The position numbers were made by a program, and so were the translations under genes. A stretch of 64,000 bases of DNA, from contig CAWHEP010000009.1 in the NCBI GenBank assembly GCA_963828525.1, forward strand, positions 1 to 64,000, read 5' to 3'. Source of the DNA: an uncultured Verrucomicrobiae bacterium (GTDB lineage Bacteria > Verrucomicrobiota > Verrucomicrobiia > Chthoniobacterales > Chthoniobacteraceae). Positions within the stretch are counted from its first letter, which is position 1, and the number at the start of each line of letters is the position of its first letter. The notes under the pieces are model-generated. The model saw only the letters and a list, made by a program, of their open reading frames with translations, did not search any database and was not told where the DNA came from. Positions 8,869 through 18,905 of this stretch are shown here, piece after piece.

Positions 8869-10812
8869 TTATATTCCGGCGCCGCTGCTCTTCTCGGGTT
8901 GAGCAGCTTTCGCGGGCTTCAGCACCACCGCTGCATGGCCTGGCAGGACCCAACCTTCGTCTGTATCCATCGGCGGGGTTCCCGCTCCGCCGTAGGAGGG
9001 GTGCTCGCTGGACCACATCATTTCCCAAACGCAGCCCTCTACTGGGGCAAGCAGCGGTTCGGGCGATGGCCTGACCTGCGCCTGAGTGCCGAAGTTCACC
9101 ACCAGCAGGCGGTCATCGTCTGCCTCTCCAAAGAAACGCAGGACAAACGATCGTTCACCCAGGACTGCTCCATCCACTCCACCTTGTCGTGGAGAGTGAA
9201 AAATCGGGTCGCTGCGGCGCAATGCCAGCAGATCCTGGTAAAGAGTGTATATGCCCCGGTTTTTTTCGCGGTCAGCAAAATCGAGCTTGCAGCGCTCAAA
9301 TGTCTCTTCCCTGTGAGGCCCCGGCAGAATACTCTTGGCATCTTCATCCAGGCACTTGATCCCAGGGAACTGCTCCAGGAACTCGCGACGTCCCTCCGCG
9401 ACCAAAAGCGCAAGCTCTGGATTGTGATCAGCGAAATAAAGGAACGGGCTGGATGCCGAAAACTCCTGACCTTGAAATATCATCGGCGTGTTGGGACCGA
9501 GCAAGAGCAAGGCCGTCATGGCGCGCAAGGGTCCCGCCCCGGTGACTTCGTGGCACCTTTGACCACAAAGCGAGTTAGCCACTTGGTCGTGATTCTGGAT
9601 GAACGTCACGAATGACGCCGGGTGCAGACGCAAACTCGCTGTGCCGCGCCGCGCTCGCTGCCACTGGTAGCGCTGCCCCTGATAGAGAAAGCCGTACTTT
9701 GCCGCGGACACGAACTCCTGCGGCGAACCGAAATAGTCCGTATAATATGCTTCGCGCCGACCGGTGAGGGTGACGACGGCAGCGTGATGAAAGTCGTCAT
9801 TCCAAACCGCATCCGCGCCAAAGCCGCCGCTGTCGCGAGGTTTCACCAGCCGTGTCTCCTGCGGTTCATTCTCCGCGACGATGAACGTGTCTTTGCCCTT
9901 GGCGCTTGCCCGGACCCGATCCGATATCTGTCCTATGATGTGGTCGGGACTGCTATCGAAGATCGATTGAGTCGCATCAAGCCGAAGACCGTCCAGATGA
10001 AATTCGTCCATCCAATATCCCGCGTTTGAAAGAAAGAACTCTCGAACGGGGGCGCAATTCTCGCCGTCAAAGTTCAAAGCCGCGCCCCAGTCCGTTTTAT
10101 ATTTGTCGGTGAAGTAGTCCGCCGAAAACTCGTTCAGAAAATTTCCGTCAGGGCCTATGTGATTGTAAACGACGTCGAGGATCACACCGACGCCGACAGC
10201 GTGTGCTTCATTCACGAAGGAGCGGAAATCATCCGGTTTCCCGTATAGTCGCGTTGGAGCGAAGAGATTTACTCCATCGTAGCCCCAGCCGAATCTTCCG
10301 GGGAAGTCTCCGACCGGCATCACCTCGAGTAGAGTAACTCCAAGGCGGGACAACTCCGCCAGTTCCCTCGCGGCCGCTCCCCAAGTGCCCTCACGCGTGA
10401 ACGTGCCGATATGCATCTCGTACAGAACCTGCCCTTCTTTTCCCGCGCCCTTCCAGTGCTCATCCGTCCAGAGGAACTGATTGAAATCTACAACTTGGGA
10501 CCACCCATGCGGCCCTTCCGGTTGAAATCTCGAAACGGGATCCGGAAACTCTCCGCTCTCAAGAATGAACTTGTACTTTGTTCCCGCCGCTGCTTCGCCA
10601 ACCAAACCGGAATGATATCCGTTCCCCTCTGCCGCGAGGGGAATGTGTTTGGACTGCCCCTCGAGGGCGATGCTCACCCGGAGAGACTTGGGCGCCCATA
10701 CGCGAAAATGCACCCCACCGTTCGGATTGATCTCCGCGCCAACCGGCAGGCGCCTGCGCGCAGCGTTCACTAGATCAGGGTCTTCAACCGCTCCTTGATG
10801 AATGTTTGACAT
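8869..10812 (-). CDS. treZ: malto-oligosyltrehalose trehalohydrolase (GH13)
   Basis: FRVWAP, PDPVSRFQPEGPHG, YEMHIGTFT, WGYDGV, DVVYNH, DGLRLDAT, WNDDFHH, QNHDQ; start set at ATG 10812. Confidence 0.93.
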   Translation of the reverse strand: MSNIHQGAVEDPDLVNAARRRLPVGAEINPNGGVHFRVWAPKSLRVSIALEGQSKHIPLAAEGNGYHSGLVGEAAAGTKYKFILESGEFPDPVSRFQPEGPHGWSQVVDFNQFLWTDEHWKGAGKEGQVLYEMHIGTFTREGTWGAAARELAELSRLGVTLLEVMPVGDFPGRFGWGYDGVNLFAPTRLYGKPDDFRSFVNEAHAVGVGVILDVVYNHIGPDGNFLNEFSADYFTDKYKTDWGAALNFDGENCAPVREFFLSNAGYWMDEFHLDGLRLDATQSIFDSSPDHIIGQISDRVRASAKGKDTFIVAENEPQETRLVKPRDSGGFGADAVWNDDFHHAAVVTLTGRREAYYTDYFGSPQEFVSAAKYGFLYQGQRYQWQRARRGTASLRLHPASFVTFIQNHDQVANSLCGQRCHEVTGAGPLRAMTALLLLGPNTPMIFQGQEFSASSPFLYFADHNPELALLVAEGRREFLEQFPGIKCLDEDAKSILPGPHREETFERCKLDFADREKNRGIYTLYQDLLALRRSDPIFHSPRQGGVDGAVLGERSFVLRFFGEADDDRLLVVNFGTQAQVRPSPEPLLAPVEGCVWEMMWSSEHPSYGGAGTPPMDTDEGWVLPGHAAVVLKPAKAAQPEKSSGAGI

Positions 10813-10936
10813 GGTTCCGGATAGCTTCCTCAATGTTCGTGCGAGCCGCGCCGGCAGAGCTTGTTTTTTCGCAACTCTGGCGTCAGGGGTTACGAAGATC
10901 GCCGCCGTAGAGACGCTCAAATCACGGCATTCGCAG

Positions 10937-13423
10937 CTAGGGCAGAGCGGCCAACGCTGCTCTCGAAAGGTCGCCGTTAAGACGGATCTGCTGGCCAGCG
11001 TTAAACGAAAGAACAACAACCTTCCCAGCATATCGAACGCGGCAAGTGGCCGCCCGCCTGGCCCGCAGGGTGGCCGAAACCAACCGTGAATTCCCCCATT
11101 CGCAGCTAACCACATAACCTCCCTTTGCGCACAGACCTTGAAATCTCCCAACTGGCCAGGACGAAGGAAGGGCCGGAAGCAGTTCGATCTCGTCGGGTCG
11201 CGACTGCATGAGCATCTCCTGGATCCCGGAGGCGGCTCCAAAGTTTCCATCGATCTGAAACGGAGGGCAGCTGTCAAACAAGTTCGGGTAACTCCGTTCC
11301 GGGGAAAGCAGATAGGCAAGGCATTTATGAGCGCGGTCTCCGTTATCCAAGTGCGCCCAGAGGTTGATCTTCCACGCAAGGCTCCAGCCCGTCGCGAGAT
11401 CTCCACGCAGGTTCAGTGTCTGCGCGGCGGCAGCCGCAAGCTCCGGAGTTTCACGCGCGCTGATTTGGCTGCCGGGAAATAGTCCCCATACATGGGACAC
11501 GTGGCGATGCGTAGGTTCTTCATCGGCGAAATCAATGGGCCATTCCTGAAGCCTATTCTGTTTGCCGATTTCGTATGGTCGAAGGCGCGCGACCTTGTCT
11601 TTCAACTCGTCGCGAAATGCCTTATCCACCCCGAGCCGCTCCGAGGCAAGAATACAGTTGGTAAATAAATCCCGTACGAGGGCAATGTCCATCGTAGGAC
11701 CTGGTATGAGCGAGGCGCTGCTCCTGTGACCAGCGGCATCTATGTAGAGGAATTTGTTCTCCGGAGAAGTTCCAATGGGCGTGACCAGGTGGCCGTGGTC
11801 GTCCTGGACGAGCCACGCCGCCATGAACTCCGCAGCTCCCTTCATCACGGGATAAGCTTTGCTTCGCAGAAACCCATCGTCGCCCGTGAACTGGTAGTGC
11901 GTCCAAAGGTGCTGGCACAACCAAGGGCCAGCCATGTCCCAAAAGGCAGGGCCAGAGTCGCCATCCACTGGCTGGGCGTCCCTCCAGATAGTTGTGTTGT
12001 GATGCGCGACCCAACCCGGCAGGCCATACATGTCATGCGCCACTTTGCGCCCGTTAACCGACAGTTCACCTATCATCCGCATGAGCGGTTCACTGCATTC
12101 CGTGAGGTTCGCCACCTCCACGGGCCAGTAGTTCATTTCAAGATTTATGTTGAGAGTGTAGGCTCCGGCCCACGGTGGCACGACGTGAGGATTCCACATT
12201 CCTTGGAGATTCAGCGGCTGTTCCCCGGATCGGGAGCCAGCGATAAGCAGATACCGCCCAAATTGATAATACAGCGACGCGAGAGCCTCGTCCCCTCCCC
12301 CCGCGTACCGCTTGATCCGCTCTGGCGTTGCCATGGCGCTTTGCTCCGTGGCTGGAGCGACATTCAATGCGACGCGGTCGAAAAGCGCATGATAGTCTTT
12401 GGTATGCTCCTCTTTGAATTGATCGAATGACTTGTTCGCGGCGTCATTCAGAATCGCTATCGGTTCCGCAGTCTCGTCTTTTCCGTCGCGTGATGGACTT
12501 TTATCGAATCCGTTGAAGCTCGAGCCGCTTGCCAATATCAACACCGCGTCCGCAGCCCCCTGGATACTAAGGCTGTCCTTGTCGGATGAACACTTCCCAT
12601 CCGTGCTCTCCACGATGAGCCGCGCGGCGAACCTTGTGCCTCTTCCGCCAATTTTGTCCCCATACATCACAGCCGTCGCGCCGGGGAGCAGGTGGCCCTC
12701 TTTGTCATAGAGTTCCGGGTACTTCCATGTCTCTCCGTTATGTTCGACTGTCGTGAGAGACCGCCGCAACGCCAGCCCTGGCGTCTTTCCCTTTAGTTCC
12801 AGAGTATCATGGCCGACGATGGCGGAGACCGCCGTTGGATGAGGCGAATCCATCCGGAGGGTGAGATTCAGCGCCCCGGGCCGGGATGCGTGAAGATGGA
12901 TGACAATGGCGCGAGCCGGATGGCTTGCAAAAACTTCCCGGGTAAAGGTGACGCCATCCTGCTCATAAGTGACGCGGGATATTGCATCCGAGATGTCCAG
13001 TTCTCTGGCATACTTTTTCACCTCACCGCTTCCATGAAAATCCATGCGAAGATCGCCCAAGGGCTCATAGCAATTTTGAGCGCGTCCAAGCCAATGCTTG
13101 GTAACCCACTTATGCACTTCGGCGTATTTACCTTCGCGCAGCCACTGCCTTACCTGGCCTAGATCTTTTGCGACATCGAGAGGCAGGTCGCGATCTCCAG
13201 GTTCTCCAGAATACAGAGTGTTGTCGTTTATTTGCAGATCTTCACTGGGGACGCCCCCGAAGATCATCGCGCCAAGCCTGCCGTTGCCGATTGGCACTGC
13301 CTCGTTCCAATCGGCCGCCGGTTTATCAAACCAGATCTTGAGTGGATCGTCAGCCGATGCCGTCGCTGAGAACAGCGCGCAAAATACAAGGGTCGCGACC
13401 ATCCTGCGCGTGTTTCTCTTCAT
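10937..13423 (-). CDS. secreted GH95 alpha-L-fucosidase-like glycoside hydrolase
   Basis: signal peptide, EAVPIGNGRLGAMIFG, YQFGRYLLI, NLQGMWN, NINLEMNYW, SPEN, HRHVSH, PFQIDGNFG. Confidence 0.93.
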   Translation of the reverse strand: MKRNTRRMVATLVFCALFSATASADDPLKIWFDKPAADWNEAVPIGNGRLGAMIFGGVPSEDLQINDNTLYSGEPGDRDLPLDVAKDLGQVRQWLREGKYAEVHKWVTKHWLGRAQNCYEPLGDLRMDFHGSGEVKKYARELDISDAISRVTYEQDGVTFTREVFASHPARAIVIHLHASRPGALNLTLRMDSPHPTAVSAIVGHDTLELKGKTPGLALRRSLTTVEHNGETWKYPELYDKEGHLLPGATAVMYGDKIGGRGTRFAARLIVESTDGKCSSDKDSLSIQGAADAVLILASGSSFNGFDKSPSRDGKDETAEPIAILNDAANKSFDQFKEEHTKDYHALFDRVALNVAPATEQSAMATPERIKRYAGGGDEALASLYYQFGRYLLIAGSRSGEQPLNLQGMWNPHVVPPWAGAYTLNINLEMNYWPVEVANLTECSEPLMRMIGELSVNGRKVAHDMYGLPGWVAHHNTTIWRDAQPVDGDSGPAFWDMAGPWLCQHLWTHYQFTGDDGFLRSKAYPVMKGAAEFMAAWLVQDDHGHLVTPIGTSPENKFLYIDAAGHRSSASLIPGPTMDIALVRDLFTNCILASERLGVDKAFRDELKDKVARLRPYEIGKQNRLQEWPIDFADEEPTHRHVSHVWGLFPGSQISARETPELAAAAAQTLNLRGDLATGWSLAWKINLWAHLDNGDRAHKCLAYLLSPERSYPNLFDSCPPFQIDGNFGAASGIQEMLMQSRPDEIELLPALPSSWPVGRFQGLCAKGGYVVSCEWGNSRLVSATLRARRAATCRVRYAGKVVVLSFNAGQQIRLNGDLSRAALAALP

Positions 13424-13424
13424 A

Positions 13425-16400
13425 TTACCTCGGATTCATCACGGTTACGCCCATAAGCCCTACGATCACTTCGTCCGAAAGAGTCTCCAAGGTGACGCTT
13501 TTCAGAGCGACGCCAGGCCGCAATTTCCAGCTTAGCGCGACTGCCCGGCAGTTGGTTCCGAGTTGGAGAGTCGTCGGCGGTGTCTTGGGCAAAGCGAATC
13601 CGTCCCGCTGATAATCATAATCCACTCCGCTAAACGGGCACAGCGTCCAGAAATTAAAAGGCGGCACAATCTCCAGTTTTTCCACAACACCATCCGCGTA
13701 TTTCATCAGCAAGTCCGCATTCGCGATCCGGACCTCCATAGGGTTTGTGGTCCCGCAAAGGAGGAACCAGATTGCATCGCCAGCCTTCTCGACGGGAACA
13801 TCGACGCGCTTCGGCCAATTGTCCCAACTTGAGGTGAACGCGATGTTCTTTCCCCCGCCAGGCCAGGAGAATGGCACCCCGTCGCCGGTGGAGATGTCTC
13901 CATGGGAATCAGTTTTGACGTTTTCCAGTTTGATGGCCGGAGCCTTATGCGCTCCTTTTCCTCCGGACATTTGCCACGTGGAGTATCCGTCTGTAGCGAG
14001 CCGCAGTGAGCAAGTATTTGGCCGCGGCGAGAGATATTGTTGCTCATAGATTGTTCGGATGTCTCCGTTCAGAACGGAGTCCAGGTGGATGTTCTCCCAC
14101 TTGGCGCCTGCGGGCACTCGAACCTGAGTTTTGGCGGCCGCCGCGAGATCAGCAGCGGCGTCGGTGACATGAATCTTGAATATACGCCATTGCTGCTCTT
14201 CGCCAACCTGGGCCAGGGCTAGCACCATGTGATCGCCAGCGTTGGCGGTAACAGTCCCGGTGAGCACTCCATTATCGACCTTGGCGGATTTCAAAATGCC
14301 CTGCGGGTCGTGGAAATCAACAATCTTACCGTCATCGGCAGCGAGCGTCAGGGAGCCACCGGTATTGGCCGCGAGTTGCTTTGATGGGTAGGTCGCAAGC
14401 TTATCCTCGCAGGTTACGTTAACGTCCACTGCCCCGCTTGATGGCACATCGATCTTTACGATGCTGCGGCCAAACCCTGGCGACACCTGCCATTTCACAG
14501 GCTTCCCATCGACCTCAACCGAAGCCACCTTTTTTGTCGAAACGGGTATTTGCACCTCCATCGCGCAAGGTTGGACCAGAGTTACTTTGCAACGGGTGAC
14601 AGCGCCGTCCAAAGTGTAGCTAAGCGACATGTCAGGCGTAGTAATTGAGGTGTTCTTCCAGTCACTGGGGAATTGTGGCGCCACGGTCACAAGGCCGTTG
14701 GGGTAGTCTGGACGGTAGCCAAACACTCCTTCGACGACGGCGCGCGCCATCATGCTGTTGCAATCATTGAAATCCGTTCCGCCTGAGGGGTGACCCATAT
14801 CGCCCGGCACAGGCCCGAACATCGCCTGCTGCGGAAATGTTCCCCTCAGCACCTTCCAGCCATCGTCGGGCAGACCCGTCTGAAAATACGCAAGAGCGAG
14901 CTGGTAATTATCTCCAGACCACATCTCACGGACGGACCATATCGAAGGCACCCAATTAGAGGGCCAGCACTGTTCACCCCCATAAGGAAGCTTTATCCGC
15001 TCCAATTCCGTCTCAGTATATTGGAGGGACTCCGCCGACTGCTCCGCGTCCAGAAGTCCAGCATCGATGGGGCAGAAAATTCCGTAGAGCCAGCAACTCT
15101 CGTGAACGCGCTTCAATCCGATCTGCTCCCGATAGGCGCCCGGATGACCGCGTTCGGGGATCCAAAGCAGGTCGAAAAAACCCTTTCTGATGCGTTCCAC
15201 CGCGGCTGTGTGCAGCTTCACGCCTGCGTCATCCCCTGCCCGCCGCGCCAACTCCAACGCCGTGCGCTCGGCGCGATAGGCATACGCCGTCTCCTCGGAG
15301 GTTCCGCCCCCATTGTACCATTGATCGTCGGTGGGCCAGGTATTCGCGTAGCTCTCGTAAATGCCAAGCCCGGACGGATCAAAGCAGTCCTTTATATATT
15401 CGCAATCCAGATCAAGCGAAGGGCGGAGCAATTTTTCCAATTCCGCGTCACCTGTCCAACGCCAGGCGTGCTGGATCTGATCGAAAAACTGGCTTTGCAT
15501 ATCGTAGTGGTGGGGATGGTCAAGATCGACGCGGCCTTTGCCAAACATTCGTGAATCCGCGGCCTGGCTAGTAAGCAGCGTGTCGGGATTTGCCCTTGGG
15601 GTCTTGTAGTCCGACGATGTGATCTGCTTGGCAATACACGTCCTGGCCTGGGTCTTCACGTTGTCGTGCCATCCAAATACCGTTGCTCCAAAAATAGTGC
15701 GCCAGCCCAGCAGCGCTGTGCTCCAACGCATACCTGAATGCGTGTAGATGCCTTCTCTGAAGAGCGCGTCTTCCACATTAACGGAGGCTCCCACAGCCGC
15801 GTCAAACCATGGATCAGGAGTGCTGACGACAACCTGCTTTTCTATGGCTAATTCCCGCGCCATTCCGGCGGCAAATTCCTGCTCGGCTGTTTTGCCCGTC
15901 CCGTCACCTCGCAAGGAAAAGTAGATGTCGCGCTTCGAGGCAAGCGCCACAGTCCCGCACGCGATCGGCAGCTTCTCCCCATAACTCGCCTGCAACGCGA
16001 CTGGATCACGCCACGCGTTCGCATCCGCGACGACAATCTTGGCGTTTTCGCTGGACCGTCCGAAGCCGGCTGGGGCGTCCTTGCCTTTTGCCGAACGGAT
16101 GATCCATGAGCTTCCCGAGACTTCCACCGCGTTCTCAGCGCAGTCGGTCGGAACGAAACCCCGATTGATGAAAGGGCTCTTCTGACTTGTCACATCGTAT
16201 GTCCAAAGGATGCTTTGGGCGCCCACGACGGACGCGCCACTTGCCCACACCAGCTTATCGCCAGGATGTATGTCCTCAACGCTGACACGAGCCGCAAGAC
16301 CGGGGCCCTCCGAGGTCGGCAATACTTCCACACGGACTGTGGTAGTTCCCCACGAGACATCTTTCACGTCCCACTCCATCCTGCCGGGGCGATATTTTGA

Positions 16401-16736
16401 GGTGACATCGGAAGCATCCAGAAGCCATTTTCCTTTTCCGTCCCTCACGAGAGCAAACATCATGTTCCCGAAGATAATCTTCTTGTCTCCAACCTGGCAG
16501 TAGGGCTTGTCCCCGCTGAGGACGATTGCGTAGATGTGGCTGCAATAAAGAGGCCTGTTGTTATAGTGCTGCCCATTGTGGCCAACAAAGGCGTCGCCAT
16601 CGACGGTGTAGTTAGGGGTTTCCATCTTGCCAAGATCCACGCGCCCTTGCCTGCCGGCAAAAGCGGGGCTTATCAATGACACCATAGATGCGACAACCGC
16701 GGCGATCCGGAGCATTTTTGAGGGGGGGATGAGCAT
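13425..16736 (-). CDS. large secreted DUF4450-like protein (putative six-hairpin glycosidase)
   Basis: signal peptide; NRPLY, YDMQSQFFDQ, YESYANTWPTD, LALAYFQTG, RAVVEGVFG segments; located between GH95 and galM. Confidence 0.7.
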   Translation of the reverse strand: MLIPPSKMLRIAAVVASMVSLISPAFAGRQGRVDLGKMETPNYTVDGDAFVGHNGQHYNNRPLYCSHIYAIVLSGDKPYCQVGDKKIIFGNMMFALVRDGKGKWLLDASDVTSKYRPGRMEWDVKDVSWGTTTVRVEVLPTSEGPGLAARVSVEDIHPGDKLVWASGASVVGAQSILWTYDVTSQKSPFINRGFVPTDCAENAVEVSGSSWIIRSAKGKDAPAGFGRSSENAKIVVADANAWRDPVALQASYGEKLPIACGTVALASKRDIYFSLRGDGTGKTAEQEFAAGMARELAIEKQVVVSTPDPWFDAAVGASVNVEDALFREGIYTHSGMRWSTALLGWRTIFGATVFGWHDNVKTQARTCIAKQITSSDYKTPRANPDTLLTSQAADSRMFGKGRVDLDHPHHYDMQSQFFDQIQHAWRWTGDAELEKLLRPSLDLDCEYIKDCFDPSGLGIYESYANTWPTDDQWYNGGGTSEETAYAYRAERTALELARRAGDDAGVKLHTAAVERIRKGFFDLLWIPERGHPGAYREQIGLKRVHESCWLYGIFCPIDAGLLDAEQSAESLQYTETELERIKLPYGGEQCWPSNWVPSIWSVREMWSGDNYQLALAYFQTGLPDDGWKVLRGTFPQQAMFGPVPGDMGHPSGGTDFNDCNSMMARAVVEGVFGYRPDYPNGLVTVAPQFPSDWKNTSITTPDMSLSYTLDGAVTRCKVTLVQPCAMEVQIPVSTKKVASVEVDGKPVKWQVSPGFGRSIVKIDVPSSGAVDVNVTCEDKLATYPSKQLAANTGGSLTLAADDGKIVDFHDPQGILKSAKVDNGVLTGTVTANAGDHMVLALAQVGEEQQWRIFKIHVTDAAADLAAAAKTQVRVPAGAKWENIHLDSVLNGDIRTIYEQQYLSPRPNTCSLRLATDGYSTWQMSGGKGAHKAPAIKLENVKTDSHGDISTGDGVPFSWPGGGKNIAFTSSWDNWPKRVDVPVEKAGDAIWFLLCGTTNPMEVRIANADLLMKYADGVVEKLEIVPPFNFWTLCPFSGVDYDYQRDGFALPKTPPTTLQLGTNCRAVALSWKLRPGVALKSVTLETLSDEVIVGLMGVTVMNPR

Positions 16737-16748
16737 GAGTCTTTCTAC

Positions 16749-17894
16749 TTACTGTTGCCTGACGTTGAACCGATATTCGATTGTTTTGCTATACACGTCC
16801 CCCGGACGAAGAACAGCGGAGGGAAACTCGCGATGATTGGGTGAATCCGGAAAGCACTGCGCCTCAATCGACAGCCCGCAATAGGTTGTGTAAGGCACGT
16901 CGCCTTTGCCTATCAGAGTTCCATCAAACATATTCCCTGTGTAAAACTGGGCTCCGGGCTGATCTGTATAAACTTTTACATCGCGTCCGCTGGCCGGGTC
17001 GTAGATTTCTCCGGCTTCGAACAAACCCGGATCAGCCGGCTTGTTAAGCACATAATTTATGTCATAGCCCGGAGGGTTGTTCGTGAACTCACGCATGTGC
17101 GTCTTTACGGGCAGCGGCTTGCGCAAGTCCCAGGGTGTTCCTTCCACCTTTCGGATTTCGCCAGTGGGCACGGAGGTCGCGTCCACAGGCGTGACGGCGT
17201 CCGCGTTGATCATCACAACATCGTCCATGATCGTTCCGTTCCCTGGCCCTGATAAGTTGAACAGTGTGTGGTTGGAAAGGTTTACCACAGTAGGCTTATC
17301 CGTCGAAGCGCGATATTCGACCTTCAGTATATTGTCGTCTGTCAGGGTGAAGGTCACCTGGGTCTGAAGATTACCCGGGAAGCCCTCTTCTCCGTCAACG
17401 CTGAGCCGCTTGAAAGAGACGGAGGAAATCTCCTGGCTGATAATCTCTGCCTTCCAGAGCCGCCGGTTAAATCCCAGCTTTCCTCCATGCATGGTGTTCG
17501 GACCGCTATTTTTCGTGAGATGGAAAGTTTGCCCATCCAGGGTGAACTGACCGCCTCCAATTCGGTTTATATAGCGGCCCATTGTCCCAAAATTGAGCTT
17601 CGCCGACGCGTAGGTTTCTGGCTTGTCGAAACCAAGCACAATATCATCGAAATGGCCTTTCCGATTCGGTGTGAAGATATTCACGACGGTTGCCCCGTAG
17701 TCCATGATGCTGACTCTCCAACCATTTTTGTTAATCAGTGTGTAGAGGGAGACCGGCCCCTCCGCACAGTCGCCGTAGGGATGGACGCTCACCGTCGCCA
17801 AAGCGGGATTGCCAACAAGCAGGCGGAGGCAAATCAGCGCCGAGAGAATTAGCGGGAACGCGCGCTGCCGCGGCCTCAGAGGGATGGTGCTCAT
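16749..17894 (-). CDS. galM: aldose 1-epimerase (mutarotase) with signal peptide
   Basis: DIVLGFD, GRYINRI, MHGG, GFPGNL, VNLSNHTLFNL, GYDINY, QFYTGN, EAQCFPDSPN. Confidence 0.92.
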   Translation of the reverse strand: MSTIPLRPRQRAFPLILSALICLRLLVGNPALATVSVHPYGDCAEGPVSLYTLINKNGWRVSIMDYGATVVNIFTPNRKGHFDDIVLGFDKPETYASAKLNFGTMGRYINRIGGGQFTLDGQTFHLTKNSGPNTMHGGKLGFNRRLWKAEIISQEISSVSFKRLSVDGEEGFPGNLQTQVTFTLTDDNILKVEYRASTDKPTVVNLSNHTLFNLSGPGNGTIMDDVVMINADAVTPVDATSVPTGEIRKVEGTPWDLRKPLPVKTHMREFTNNPPGYDINYVLNKPADPGLFEAGEIYDPASGRDVKVYTDQPGAQFYTGNMFDGTLIGKGDVPYTTYCGLSIEAQCFPDSPNHREFPSAVLRPGDVYSKTIEYRFNVRQQ

Positions 17895-17895
17895 C

Positions 17896-18774
17896 TCAAT
17901 TGTGTGGAGGCGGCGCGTCTTTGCCCCATATCTCGATCTCCGTGAGCGCGGCCCACCCGAGCGGATGCGCGGCTTGCTTGAAGTTTATAAGCTTGATCCA
18001 TGTGACCGTCTTCTTCGGAAATGCATACTCTTGCGGATCAGTCGTTTTCAGGATGGATACATCCTGGCTGCTCCCGTCCGAGAACCGGATCGTCAAGCTC
18101 TTCCAATAGTTGTCGTGAGGGAAATCGCACCTTATAAAAAGACGCGCTTTGTCAATCTCCACCGGCCTCCCGAAATCCAGGAGGTATGTAAGGTCCTCGC
18201 GCTGGCCTCCCGCCCAAGACTCATACGGCCATGGCCCGTGGCGCTTGTTATTAGAGTTTCCGTCGATGGCGTTTCGATCAAAGAATTGGGGTTCGTCACG
18301 CGTTACGGCGCTGGCAGTCGCGTGCGGGAAAAACTGCGTTTGGCCGCGCAGGTCGAGCGGATCGAGCGCCACATTACGATACGTGGCGAGCTCCGCTTCA
18401 GGCACAAGGCGGGCCTTGATCAGATGGGAACTTCCGGCAAAAGCGCCCGGCGCATACCCTTGCGTAAGGTTTTTGCCCGAAGGGATCGCGTAAGTGATGT
18501 TCCCCCCGGGAACAAAGATCATCGCCTCGGGGACCTTGTCGTCGATCTGGACGGCAAGGTATCGCGCTCCCGTTGGAGCGCTAATGGCGATCTCATCGCC
18601 CGCTTGATAGGCAGCCCCGTAGCTGAGGCTGACGCTTTGGGGGGCGCTCTGCGAGGTCAACACCGCATGGGCCGCATTCACTACCTCGATCTTCAGGATT
18701 GGCGATGTCGCGTCTGCCGATGCCACCGAGCCATGGATCAGCATCAGCGTAAACACGATCCCTGATTGACTCAT
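17896..18774 (-). CDS. secreted putative carbohydrate-binding protein (galactose-binding-like fold)
   Basis: hydrophobic N-terminus; RNVALDPLD, FPHATAS, RNAIDG, HGPWPYESW, DFGRPVEID, DFPHDNYW, FSDGS. Confidence 0.6.
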   Translation of the reverse strand: MSQSGIVFTLMLIHGSVASADATSPILKIEVVNAAHAVLTSQSAPQSVSLSYGAAYQAGDEIAISAPTGARYLAVQIDDKVPEAMIFVPGGNITYAIPSGKNLTQGYAPGAFAGSSHLIKARLVPEAELATYRNVALDPLDLRGQTQFFPHATASAVTRDEPQFFDRNAIDGNSNNKRHGPWPYESWAGGQREDLTYLLDFGRPVEIDKARLFIRCDFPHDNYWKSLTIRFSDGSSQDVSILKTTDPQEYAFPKKTVTWIKLINFKQAAHPLGWAALTEIEIWGKDAPPPHN

Positions 18775-18905
18775 GCGGACAAAGGGATGGCCAGCCAGGA
18801 ACAACCGTAAAAACTTCGGAGGGGAGTGCAAGCAAACCGAAAGTGACATCTCCGACGAGCGTTCGCCAGCCTGAAAAGCAGAACCCCGCTACTTTCTCCA
18901 GCTAC

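Noticed and set aside
10818..10840. sigma54-like element (TCGCACGAACATTGA) upstream of treZ, sharing AACATTGA with the 36700 region
   Set aside because: Both invariant GG and GC dinucleotides are mismatched, and an 8-bp match at two sites could be chance
10813..11406. 198-aa N-terminal extension of TreZ overlapping the GH95 gene
   Set aside because: The extension has no recognisable motifs and overlaps conserved GH95 sequence; ATG 10812 gives a normal-length TreZ
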